Of a stretch of DNA of 64,000 nucleotides, positions 38,568-51,785 are shown one piece after another (position 1 is the stretch's first letter; each line of letters begins with the position of its first letter). The stretch is from Felis catus. Taxonomy: Eukaryota. A program made the position numbers and the translations under genes. The stretch is taken from assembly GCF_018350175.1 (NCBI RefSeq), contig NC_058368.1, forward strand, positions 109,246,001 through 109,310,000, read 5' to 3'. Under the pieces are notes generated by a model. It worked only from the letters and a program-made list of their open reading frames with translations. It made no database searches and had not been told where the DNA came from.

Positions 38568-40640
38568 AAAAATATGTCCAGCATTTGTCCCTTTATTCCA
38601 TCTTCACTCTTCCTTCCCTGGTACAGGCCACCTTCCTCTTTCCTTTGAACTATTTTAGTAGTCTCCAAACCTGTTTTCCTGCCTTCGTTCTTGAAGTTCT
38701 CTCTTTTCCACACAGCAACCAGTTACCTTTTAAATATTCATTCTGGAGGGAATGAGTCATTCACAGTCTGAGAGAATACCATTCCAGTCAGTGTTAATAC
38801 TAAGTGCAAAGTTCCTGGAGCAGGAGCATGTTTGATGTGTTCAGGGAATCACAAGGAGGAGTAAAATGGCAAGAGGCCTGGTAGAAAAGTCACAGAGATA
38901 GAAAGGCCTAGGTTCTGCAGGTCCTTGATTTCTGTTCTCGCTTAAATACGAATCTACTGGAAAATATTAAGCATGAAAAGGGCATGGTGTGTGTTTTAAA
39001 GCAATCAGTCTGGCAGTGAGAGAAGACCTAGTAGGTGGTAAGGGTAGAAGGGTGGAGACTAATAAAGGAGATTTTTGTGGTAATTCAGGTGAGGTATGTT
39101 GGTGGTTTGATTAAGGTGTTAATGGTAGACATGCTGAGAATGCCTGGATTTGGGATGCATTTTAAAGGTAGTATCAACAGATGAGTTAATGATCTGGATA
39201 ATGGTGTACGAGAGAAGTAGAAGCATCAAACATAACTCCCAAGTTTTTTGACTTGAAAAAGTAGATAAAATAGTGTCACTGTTTATTGTAACGAGGAAAC
39301 TCTGGGAAAGGAAATTTGGGGGGCTTTGGTTTAAACGTGTAGATTTGGAATGTCTTTTAGATATCCAGAATGTCCAGTAGGTAAATGGAAGTATGTCCAG
39401 GGGAGAGGTTTGAGCTAGAGAAAGACTAATTAAGAATCATTGATGTATACAGTTAGTTATCTGTAGTTAGTTTAAGGCCTGATGCGATCACATAGGGAGT
39501 AAATGTTGAGAAGAGGTGGAAGATCTTAACCTAGAGCACACTGGCATTTAGAAGTAGGGATGAAGAGGAGGCACCAAAAGATACTAAAAGAACAAGTGGT
39601 AAAGGAGGGAAAACTGGGAGAGTGGGGTCTTGGAAGACAAGAGAATGAAGGGTGAACAAGAAAGAAGATGTCAAACGGTGTCAAATATGTTGATAGCTCA
39701 AGTAAGAAGGTTGAGCTATGTGGAGGCCATTGGTCATCTTGACAAAGCCAGTTTCAGTGATGTGAGAAAACAAGAAAGTGAAACAGAATTGTTCTGTGAG
39801 TTCGCTATGAGTGGAAAGAAGGAAGTAGCTGAAAAGGTTTGTAGGATCAAGGAGCGTTTTATGGCTATTGTTCTTGCTTTGTTATTTTTGTTGTTCTTCT
39901 GGATGTTTCCATGTTGATTGATGCTCTAGCATCTCTGACAATTTCAGTCTATCATCCATTCCTTTTTCCAAGTGGAAAGAGCTGTTTTTCTCAGCTGTCC
40001 ACTCGTGTCCTTCCTCTGGTTCTTCTGGCCTTGATGGTTCATCTTTCCTCACTTAATACCCACTTTTCATCTGCTCTAATTTCCCAGTTCTGAGCCCCCA
40101 CCCACACTGTTTTATTCAGCTCTTTTTTTTGAGTCGGTCACACCTGCTCTTATGGTTGGAACTATTCCTCTCACCTGGATTGCCCACATCCCCCAGTTTT
40201 CCCATCCTCTTATATATTCAGCTTTCAGTTCCTCTTATATATTCAGCTTCTCTTGGTTTTTTCTTTTCCTTGCTTTAATTTGTCCCTGCACCCAATACTG
40301 TTTATTTTAAATGCCTGAATTTTTCTGTTGCTCCTTCCTGTCTTTTTTTTTTTTTACCTGTTTTCCATTGTTACTCTCTTCTTAGAAATTTGATTTCCAT
40401 ATTGCTCCATTTGTGTACCTTCCCCCTTTCTCCTCTACTTCTTTCAAATTTTTGGCTACCTCAGTCTTTCCCATTCTTTCTTTGACCTCATTTGCTTCTC
40501 CTCAGTTGACTTGAACCCTAAGAACCTCAATTCTCTGTTTTCTGCATCTCATCACTTTTGTTTTGCTTCTGGCTGATTTTGTAAACTAACCAGATGCTTA
40601 TTTCCACAGCAGTTTCTTCATCACATATTGCTTCCATATT

Positions 40641-40644
<4 letters not shown>

Positions 40645-40684
<40 letters not shown>

Positions 40685-40983
40685 AAGCTTATTTATTTGA
40701 GAGAGAGAGAGAGTATGTGTGCACACGAAGGTGCACATGAACGGAGGAGAGGCAGAGGAGAGAGAATCCCAAGCAGGCTCTGCTCTATGAGCTCCACCTC
40801 AGGAACCATGAGTTATTGACCTGAGCCAAAATCAAGTCAAGATGCTTAACCAACTGAGCCACCCAGGTGCCTGCCCATATTTGTGATTTTAAACACTGTA
40901 GTTTTTAAATTTTTTTTTGATGTTTGTGTATTTCATAGAGAGAGAGAGAGAGAGAGAGAGAGACAGTGCAAGTGGGGGAGGGG

Positions 40984-41024
<41 letters not shown>

Positions 41025-41123
41025 TCCAAAGCAAGCTCTAGGCTCTGAGCTGTCAGCACAAACTGGACATCATATCCTGAGCCAAAGTCGGTTGCTTAAC
41101 CAACTGAGCCACAAGGCACCCCA
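40645..41123 (-). mobile_element. Two Can-SINEs with (TG)n, (AG)n and (GC)n(AC)n tracts
   Basis: Reverse SINE bodies at 40680-40872 and 40903-41123; the second has TSD AAACACT(G/A)TAG. Confidence 0.88.
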
Positions 41124-42609
41124 CAAACACTATAGGATTTAAACCATGTGGGATAAATATGGAATAAAGCATATATATGGGATAGAGCATTTGTAGATGG
41201 ATAGAATGACCCTGTTAGAGGAAAAAAATTAATGCAAGAGAGGGGATAATTCCAGAGTTAAATCCTTGAGTAGGCAAGTAGAGATAGGATCCATTGCCCT
41301 ACTGACAGAGTTAATAGGTGTATGCACTGTTCATCCAGGGTAAAAGGATGACAGAGTATGTAATTTTTCAGTTTAGTGGTGAGAGAATAAATAAATGGTC
41401 TTTTGACTGTTTCTATGTTCTCAGTGGAAAACAAGTGAAATTGTTAGCTGAGGGTGGGAGAAGGGGTTGATTGAGGCTAGAAAAAGTGTAAGAGCTCAGA
41501 GGGTAAGTTGATTAGGGAAGTGTTATAGGGTTACATGACAGTGTCATTGAGTCACCTGAGGTTTGTGGGTGAAAGTTTGTAAGGAGACCAGTTTTGTTTC
41601 TTCTGTCTAGTTCAGCTCATTGGTAAGCACAGAGCAAGTTGGAAAGTTGGATTTAATCAAGCACTGGGTAAAGTTGGAAAGTAGGAATTAATACATTGCT
41701 TGGTAAATAGAAGGAAGAGATTAAGAGGCAACTTCCCCATTCCCCACCTATGGACATCTTAGCCTTCTCAGTCTCTGATAATCTTTACCAGCTGGCCTCT
41801 TGTAGGTATGCAGTCAGTAATCTACGATCTGAATTACCCAGCACACTTTTTCCTTCTTTGAATTCCCTCAAAGTTGTCAGGCTCTGAAATCCCACATTAT
41901 GCCTTCCCCCATTTTGGATACCCTCTTTCCCCTAAGCTGGCTCATCCCTACTCATGGATGTCCTTTGCATCCTGTTTGAACTCTGATACCCTTGGACTCT
42001 TGAAACCTTGTGGCAAGGTGCCCGTGTGGACACCCTTCTCAGCCTAAGCAGTTGTACTGTTTTAGGCTGAGTTTCTATGTCCCTCAACTTCAGCCAGCAT
42101 GAATACATACATTCTTCTGCCCCACTGTTGGAAAAATGGTTTTCTGACTAGATTGTTTGGAAAGGGAAGGGCTTATATTATTTTTTGTTTTATTCTTTTA
42201 GATAGAAATTGTTCTAAAGTTAGTATGTATTTTTCTGCCTTAAATCTAGATTACTCTTTTTGAAGAACCTCTTCTCAGTAAGCTCACCAACAATATTGTG
42301 ATTGAAATGCTGCAAGATACCCGTTGCTTAAGTTCTTCTTAATTTGATACTTTTCTCGTAGCTAAGTCGTAAAAGGGTAGACGCCATGGAAAATGTATAT
42401 GTGTATTTGACCTACTGGTAGGACATGTTCTAAACAAATTAACTCGTTTTGTAGTACATAGATGCATAATTACTTTGCAGTGAATTAAGACCTCAGCAAC
42501 TGTTTGCCTTGGGCTGAAATGATAGCATCAAGTCCCTGGGCTTTCACAGCTAAATATCATTGGCCATTTTCTTCACTGAGATGTTCAAATCTTAAGAGGC
42601 TACTAGTTT

Positions 42610-44555
42610 TTTCTTCTTTTATTAAGTTTTTCTGTTTAAATATAGTTGACATACAGTGTTATATTCAGCAGTGTTATATGCACCTAGTGATTCAGCAGTT
42701 CTGTATGTTACACGGTGGTCTCCACTATAATTGTAGTTAACAGCTGTCACCACACTAAAATGTTACTACAATATAATTGACCTCATTCTCTATGCTGTAC
42801 TTCTCATCTCTATGACTTATTTATAACTGGAAGTTAGTACCTGTTAATGCCCTTCATCGATTTTACCCATTCTCTTACCTACCCCTCCTCTGGCAACCAC
42901 CAGTTCTCTGTATTTATGAGTTTGATTCTGTTTTTTGGGTTTTTTTTTTAGATTCCACATGTAAGTGAAATCATATGGTGTTTGTCTTTTTGTGTCTGAC
43001 TTACTTCATGTAGCATAATACCTTCTAGGTCCATCCATGTTGTTTCAGATGAAAAGATTTCATTCTTTTTTTATGGCTGAGTAATACTCCATTGTATGTA
43101 TATACCACTTCTTTATCCATTCTTGTCTAGATGGGCACTTTGGTTGCTTTCGTATCTTGGCTACTCTAAATAATGCTGCAATAAACATAGCTGTGCATTT
43201 TATCTTCTCATATTATGTTTTCATTTTTGGAGGGTAAATACCCAATAGTGGAATTACTGGATCATAGAGTCCTTCTATTTTTAATATTTTAGGAGCTTCC
43301 ATACTGTTTTCCACAACAGTTGCACCAGTTTACATTTCTCCCAACAGTGCATGGGGTTTTGCTTTTCTCATCCTCACCAGTACTTACTCGTTCTTACCTT
43401 TTTGATACTGGCTATTCAGACTGGAGTAAAGTGCTACCTCATGGTGGTTTTGATTTGTGTTTCCCTGATGATTAGTGATACAGAGCATTTTTTTCATGTG
43501 TCTTTTGGCCATCTGTATGTTTTCGGGCAAATATCAGTCTATTCAGGTCCTCTGCCTATTTTTAATCTGATTATTTGGGGGGAGGGGTTTGGTGTTGAGA
43601 TGTATGAGTTCTTTATATATTTTGGATACTAACCTCTTATCAGATATATCATTTAGAAGTATCACTCCCATTCAGTAGGTTGCCTTTTTGGGTTTTTTTG
43701 ATGGTTTACTTGGCTGTGCAAAAGCTTTTTATTTTGGGGTAATACCATTAGTTTATCTTTGCTTTTTTCCCCCTTGCCTGAGGAGACATATTCATAAATA
43801 TGTTGGTAGAGCTGATATCCACAAGATTACTGTTTTCTTTTAGGAATTTCATGCTTTTAGGTCTCACATTTAGGTCTTTAATCCATTTTGAATTTATTTT
43901 TGTGTATGGTAAAAGAAAGTGGTCTGGTTTCATTCTTTTGCAAGTAGCTGTGCAGTTTTCCTAATACTGTTTATCGATGAGACAGTCTTTTCCCCCATTG
44001 TGTATTCTTGCCTCCTTTGCTATGGAATAATTGACCATATAAGTGTGGGTTTATTTCTGGGCTCCCTATTCTGTTGATCTGTGTATCTGATTGTTATAGC
44101 TTTGCAGTATTTCTTGAAATTTGGGATTATGATACCTCCAGCTTTGTTATTCTTTCCAAGATTGTTTTGGCTATTCAAGGTCTTCTGTGTGTGGTTCTAT
44201 ACACATTTTAGGATTATTTGTTGTAGTTTTTTGAAAAATGCTATTGGTATTTTGATACGGATTGCATTGAATCTTTAGGTTGCTTTGGATAGTATGAACA
44301 TCTTAACATTTAACATTTCAATCCATGAGCATAGCATATCTTTCCATTTTGTCATTTTGAATTTCTTTCATCATTGTCTTACAGTTTTTAGATTATAGGT
44401 CTTTCATTTCCTTGGTTAAATTTATTCCTTGGTATTTTACTCTTTTTGGTGCAGTTGTAAACAGAATTGTTTTCTTAATTTTCCTTTCTGCTATATTGTT
44501 ATTAATGTATAGTTTGCAGTGGATTTCTGTATGTTAAGTTTGAATCATGCAACTT
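42610..44555 (-). mobile_element. 5'-truncated carnivore L1, antisense in RAD50 intron 2
   Basis: Minus-strand ORF2 remnant [17 protein letters not shown], and an L1 3'UTR at the left end. Confidence 0.9.
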
Positions 44556-46152
44556 CTGAGCAGCCAGTCCAACAACTTCTCACTCCTTACCTCTACCTCC
44601 AATGCTGAAGCTCTTGTGTAGGCTGTCTTCCTGTTTCTCCTGGAATACTCTCTGCCTGCTGTCTTGCCTCTGTTAGTTCAGTGTGTTTACCTTAAAGGCA
44701 AAGTGATTCATTTAAAATGCACATCTACTGCATGCCTTTCCTCTGGATTAAACCCCTGAAGTGGTTTTCCATTGCTTTAAGTTCAAAGCCCTTAACATGT
44801 TTCAGAAGGCTCTTAATTACTGGAACCACTTTCTGTCTTCGCTCCCTTTCCCCTTTGTTCTGCACCATACTTTCTGAAATTACTTTAGCTATTCAGTGAC
44901 TCAGATCTTTTCATCTGGCTAACTCCGGCCCATCTGTCAGTTCTCAGTTTAAACATTCACTTCCTTTAGAAGCCCTTCCCAGAATTCTACCCTAGGTAGA
45001 TTAGATGCTTACTTTGTGTTTTCAAAGTATCATGTACTTCTCTTAAGACGATGTTTAACACCACTTTTTTACTTTTCTTTTTAACCTGTCTTCCATACTT
45101 CAAAGGAGAAAGTGTCTTTCTTTTTGAACCAAAACAACGCATGTAAGCTACAAGTGCGTAATAAGTTGGTGCTTAATTTTTTGAATGATTTGACCAATTA
45201 ATATCATAGTTATGTTTATGCCAAAAAGTTATTAAAAGACCAGTAAAAGGTAGTCTATGATTTAAAAAAAAAATGCAGGATTCATGACTTGTGGTTTTGG
45301 TTACAGTCGAGGAGTATCATATTTGTGCTCCCAGTATAAACAACTATAAAACTGGAACAAAAAAATTGAAGCAACTATTTTCAGGCATTGGACAACAGAT
45401 GGCACAGGGCTGTGATCTTTGAGAAAAGAGAAATGTATGAGGGACTACACATTCATTTTAGCTTTCTCCCTAGGGAAATTTTGTACACTTTGGCATATAG
45501 AATTAAAACCCCAGCAGAGAATAATAGTATTACCAGCTAGATGAAACAAACGTAAAAGTGTGGGTTTGCTGATGTGACTATAAATTATGGAATAAGATAC
45601 AGGAGAGGGGTTGCTGTGCAGAGATGGGCACCAGAAATCTGTGTAAGGGACTGTCGAATCTTTGGCCAGATACTAAGCTACACATGTCCAGGACAGGAAT
45701 TATTGAGGGCTAGCAGAGAATAAACTACGGGGGTAGAAGAGTGGGACTGTGAGCTGAATGGATATTCTAGAGGTTACACACTGCTGGGTGACATTTGAAT
45801 TGTGATATGCCAGAGTAAGGAGGCCTTATGGAACTCTCTTTTGAGTTCTCCCTTTTGATAACATTCTTTTGAGACCTCAGAAGGGCCATCAGTGTCTCCC
45901 TGTTTTGTAGGAAATACTGATGGGACATCAAATCAACAACTTAGTCTTAAGTGGTTCAGGGGAGAAAAGTTTTGTACACTTCGTTTCTGCTTTTCTGTAA
46001 GCTTGTATATGTTTTGAAAATTATTTTGGAAAACACTTGCGATACTTAAAGAGCTAAAGTTTATTTGAAAAACTCACACACCTGGTCTCCTAATGCTGAA
46101 TAACAGAAGTAGAAAATACTCAGTTTTAGTAAATCAGTTAAAGAGTGTTCTT

Positions 46153-46400
46153 GGGGTGCCTGGGTGGCTTACTTGGTTGAGCGTCCAACTCTTGATTTCA
46201 GCTCAGGTCATGATCTAATGGTCATGGGATCAAGCCCTGCATCAGCTCTCTACTGGGCATGGAGCCTACTTGGGATTCTCTCGCTCTCGCTCTCCCTTCT
46301 CTCTCTGTCTCTCTCTCTCTCTCTGTCTCTCTCTCTCTCTCGCCCCTCCCCTGCTTATACACATGCACTCGAACTGCCCCCCCTCAAAAAATTTTTTTAA
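46153..46400 (+). mobile_element. Can-SINE 170 bp upstream of RAD50 exon 3
   Basis: GGGGTGCCTGGGTGGCT head and CT-rich body. Confidence 0.92.
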
Positions 46401-46535
46401 AAAAAGTATTTTTTTTCTCTTGTATATTTGAATAGCATGTAAAAATGACACTCATTTTGATGTTTAAGTTTTTGTCATTTTTGATAAGATTTGTCATGTC
46501 TTTTCTTTTGGAACTAACATTCTGATGCTTATTAA

Positions 46536-46721
<186 letters not shown>

Positions 46722-47716
46722 TAGGTGTTTACCTTATATTTGAATATCTATTAATTTTCTGTTATTTAGGTTTATAAGACTGGGTTTTTTTCCCATTGCT
46801 TTATTTTAGAGCAGCATAATAATTTTTTTAAAGACTTTATTTTTTTGGAGCAGTTTCAGGTTCTCCGCAAAACTAAGCAGAAAATAGAGTTCCTGTAATA
46901 CTCCCTGACCCTATGCATGCATAACTTCATCCACTATGAACAGTTACTGTTGGATCTTTCATCAGTTAAACAGAATGATCCCATCAAAGATTTTGTGATA
47001 ATGCTGCATTCCTTTGAGTAATTTATGAACACTTGTTCAACTGAAGGTACACAATCACTCAAATATAGATTGAATGAATGGAAAATGCTAGTATTGTGTG
47101 TAGGAATGTGTGAAATGAAAAGCATACAAAGTGTAACCCTTTGAACTGTCACCTTTATTAGAGTCACATTATCACCTTTAATGGGTTTGGATTTTGGAAT
47201 TAGCCTGCCCTGGATTCAAGGCTTTTTCCCTGTTGTACAAATTACTTAACTATCACCTTACGCCTTTCACTTGTTTATTTGTCAACTAATTAAATAATTC
47301 TCTTAATAACATTTGTCACCTATTATGTGCTAGAGGCAGTATATTAGCTATTGGCTTCTCAAGCAGGTTGGTTTCCTTGGCATTTAAATACACTCAGGTG
47401 GATTTCATTCCACACCAGTTACTGTTTGTCTCTATTTTCCCCTTCACAGTCAGGCTTCTCATAAGAGTTGTTGATAATCACTGTCTCTATTTCTGTTTTT
47501 CCTCCATCCTCCTCTAGCCCCATTCCTTTACTGAAACAGCTCCAACTGAGGTCAGAAATACCCTCTGTGTTAATTAGGATAATGCTATTGGTTTACTAAA
47601 TAGATCTCTTTGCAATCCTGTGTTTTTTTTTTTTTCATTTGTAAAATAGGGATTCATTTTTATTATATATATCTTAGAAAGAAGGATTGAGCTAATGCAT
47701 GTAAAATGAGAGCTCA

Positions 47717-48207
47717 TGTATTAGTTTTCTTTGCATAACAAACCACAAACTCAGTGGATTAAAACAACAGACATTTATTATCTTATAGTTCTGTAATTTA
47801 GGAATCCAAATTGGGTCTCACTGGCTTAAAATCAAGGTGGTGGCCGGGCTATAATCCTTTCTGGAGGCTCTAGGGAAAATCTGTTTCTACATCCTTTTTG
47901 GGTCTTTTGCAATCTACCCACAAAACTTGGCTCATGGCCCTCCATCTTTAAAGTCAGCAATAGTGGGCTGAGTTCTCATAGTACATCCCTCTGACATCCT
48001 CTTCTGGCTCCCTCTCCCACTTAAAGACACTTGTGATTGCGTCGGCCCCACCCAGACAATCCAGGGTAATTCTTTTACTTAGGGTCCAGATGATAAAGCA
48101 ACCTTAACTTCATCTGTAATCTTCATTCCCTTTTGCCATGTAATCTGATGCATTCACAGGGATTAGAATATAAATATCTTTGAAGGGCCATTGTTCTGTA
48201 TACTGTA
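47717..48207. mobile_element. MLT1D-like MaLR LTR
   Basis: tgtattagtttt...aaaacaacagacatttattatcttatagttctg...gggtctcactggcttaaaatcaaggtg. Confidence 0.75.
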
Positions 48208-49616
48208 ACTCAGTAAATGGTAGCTATCAATAACTTCTTGAAGATCTTTTTCTGGACTTGCATGACATGACACTGTTCTGTCTCTCCCTCACAGCTACAT
48301 CCAGCCAGCTAATAAAGGTAGCTGGTTCCACGGGCTCAGCCCTAAATCCTCTCCTATTTTTGCTCTGTATTCTCTTCCTAGATGATCTCATTCATACCCA
48401 TTACTCAAATTACTCTCTATTCATAGATGACTGACAGATTTAGGTCTCCAGACCTCTGTTTTCAGACCCATATACCCACCTGTCTCTCTCATTTTCTACC
48501 AGCCCTTTCAAAGACACCTCGGATTCAACATGTCCAAAACCAAGCTCATGAGTCCCCTTGACTCCTCTTAAAAAATCTCCCACAATGTGATCCTCTTGCA
48601 GTGCTCCTCATTGTAGCAAATGGGGTAGGTACCCCATCCATCCAGTGACACAAACGAATACACTCTCTATATCTTGACACCTCCTTGCTCTCTATATGTA
48701 GTTCATTACCAGGTCCTCTGGCTTTAACCTAGGATTTAAATGTCTGTTGAGTCCATTTCTTTTCCTTCTGTACAGTGACCTTTCTAGTTGAGGCTACCAT
48801 AATTTTTCTCCGGTCTAATGTGATCACCTCCTGGTCTATCTGTGTCCATTCTCTCCCCCTACAAAACATTCTCGGTGTATTCAGTGTACTATTTTCAAAA
48901 TATGTATTGGAATATATAAATGACAGTAAAGACAGATACTTTACTAATCTAGCTATTAACAGATAGTGCACAGAAAATATAAAGAAAATGTTGGATTTGT
49001 CCTCCTGATGAAAGATACTGAGAGATCTCTTGAAATTCAAGGGCAGAGATGCTCCTGGCCCTAGGTATAATGATGTAGGGGACTCTTTAAAAGACCCTAA
49101 GATACTTCTCTGTAGTGGATTGCTTTGTCAGTGTGACCTTAGAAGTTGAGGTCTACTGATTTGAATTTGCTTAAATGGGTATCACTAAAGTTTGCCTTTA
49201 TTATCCTTTTACATTGTGTTACTGAACAATCCGTATCTAAACACTATAGTCTTTAGATGTTTTTGTTTAAGGCACAATTGCCTGTCTTCTGTGAATCATC
49301 ATGTTTTATTTTACTTTTGTTAAAGTCTGTTTTCTTATTTTTAAGTCCTGGGATTGGAAGATAGTTTATTTTTCTCTACTTATTGTCTGTAAATATTTTA
49401 TATTACTATATTTAAAAATCTAAACGTAAAAAAAATTAGTTCTGGCATCTTTTCCTGTCCCTCCCTGTTTTACATACTTTTTCATCATTGAACTCCTGAA
49501 TCCTTAAGAGTTAAACTTTTTACTGTAAGAAAGCTATTGTAACTGGGGATGCATGAGAGAACTTTTTTTTTTTTTAACAAGTACAGCATAAAGGATTGAT
49601 TAAGCAATTAGAATAG

Positions 49617-49877
<261 letters not shown>

Positions 49878-50194
49878 TAACCTGTCAAGTTATTGAGCCA
49901 TGGTTGCAATTTGGATATTTCTTTTTTAGAAGAGACAAAGTCTTAAAAGTAAAGTCATCAGTTATTACCTTTCATCCAGTGGCAACCAGTGGGCATATTT
50001 TCTTTCTGTTTTCTTTCTGTGCATTTTTATTTACCTGCTTGACAGTTTATATGTAATGTTTTCATTTACCATTATATCATAAGCATTTTCTAAGGTATTA
50101 AAAGCTCTTTGTAAATGCAATCTTAGCAACTATATAATATTCCATTGTTGGAACCTATGTAATTTACTTGGAAAGAAGTTTGATTTTTATTTAA

Positions 50195-50416
<222 letters not shown>

Positions 50417-50589
50417 TGATTTCTTGAATAAGAAGACTCACTTTTTATGATGGTAGCATTCACTCCTAAAACACTTTATTTTTATATAAGTTTGAATGGT
50501 GTGTATATTTCTTGAAAAAATTATCAAACATTATGTAATGTCATGGTTTATACTTTAGGTCTTTATTAGATGGTTTATCTTTTTTTACT

Positions 50590-51785
50590 ATTTTTTTAAA
50601 TCTTTTTTAATTTTTTTTTTAAATTTATTTTTGAGACAGAGGGACACAGAGCATGAGCAGGGGAGGAGCAGAGAGAGAGGGAGACACAGAATCTGAAGCA
50701 GGCCCCAGGCTCTGAGCTGTCAGCACAGAGCCCGACGCTGGGCTCGAACTCACGGACTGTTAGATCATGACCTAAGCTGAAGTCGAATGCTTAACTGACT
50801 GAGCCACCCAGGCACCCCTAAAGGATGGTTAATCTTAAAGTTGCCCAAAGAACTTGGATTTGAGAGTAAACAAATTTGTACCATCTTAGTAAGCTACTCG
50901 TATAGATCTTAAATATCACTGTAATGACCCAACCTTACATTTCTGTATTCTTAAGATTTTTTTTTTTAAGATTTTTTTTTTTTTTAATTTTTTTTCAACG
51001 TTTATTTATTTTTGGGACAGAGAGAGACAGAGCATGAACGGGGGAGGGGCAGAGAGAGAGGGAGACACAGAATCGGAAACAGGCTCCAGGCTCTGAGCCA
51101 TCAGCCTAGAGCCCAACGCGGGGCTCGAACTCACGGACCGCGAGATCGTGACCTGGCTGAAGTTGGACGCTTAACCAACTGCGCCACCCAGGTGCCCCTC
51201 TTAAGATTTTTTTTTTAATTGACATATCTTTCCAGGGAACTTTTATAACTTGCAAGATGTTACTTGGCTTTGTACAAAATTTGGAATTGATACATATATT
51301 TGCAAATAAGTACAGCTTTCTAAACTCCTGTGGTCTGTAAGAAAGAAATTTCATTCATTTATTTCCTAAACATTTATTGAGTGTTTCCTATGTGTGAGGG
51401 CATAAAGTGTATACTGTGCTTAGGGCTGCAGGTAGTAGGAGAACTACAATGGTGTCCTTGCCCTTAAAATGTTTCTATTCTAAGTAAGAGCATTCTTGAA
51501 AGTGGCTATTTTCTAGATTTCACATAGTAGAAGAATTCTTTTTACCCATTTAAAAGTTACTGATTTAGGGGCGCCTGGGTGGCGCATTCGGTTAAGCGTC
51601 CGACTTCAGCCAGGTCACGATCTCGCGGTCCGGGAGCTCGAGCCCCGCGTCGGGCTCTGGGCTGATGGCTCAGAGCCTGAAGCCTGTTTCCGATTCTGTG
51701 TCTCCCTCTCTGTCTGCCCCTCCCCCGTTCATGCTCTGTCTCTCTCTGTCCCAAAAATAAATAAACGTTGAAAAAAAAAAATTTA
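50590..51785. mobile_element. Can-SINEs: 50590-50819 (-), 50958-51198 (-), 51568-51785 (+)
   Basis: TSDs GATGGTT(T/A)ATCTT, TCTTAAGATTTT and AAAAGTTACTGATTT respectively. Confidence 0.95.

Larger units (their letters stand above)
37400..39800. mobile_element. L2 fragments (sense about 37400-38720, antisense about 38745-39800)
   Basis: L2-typical phrases (gatctcattcattctcatggctttaatta; aagtgcaaagttcctggagcaggagcatgtttgatgtgttc). Confidence 0.65.
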
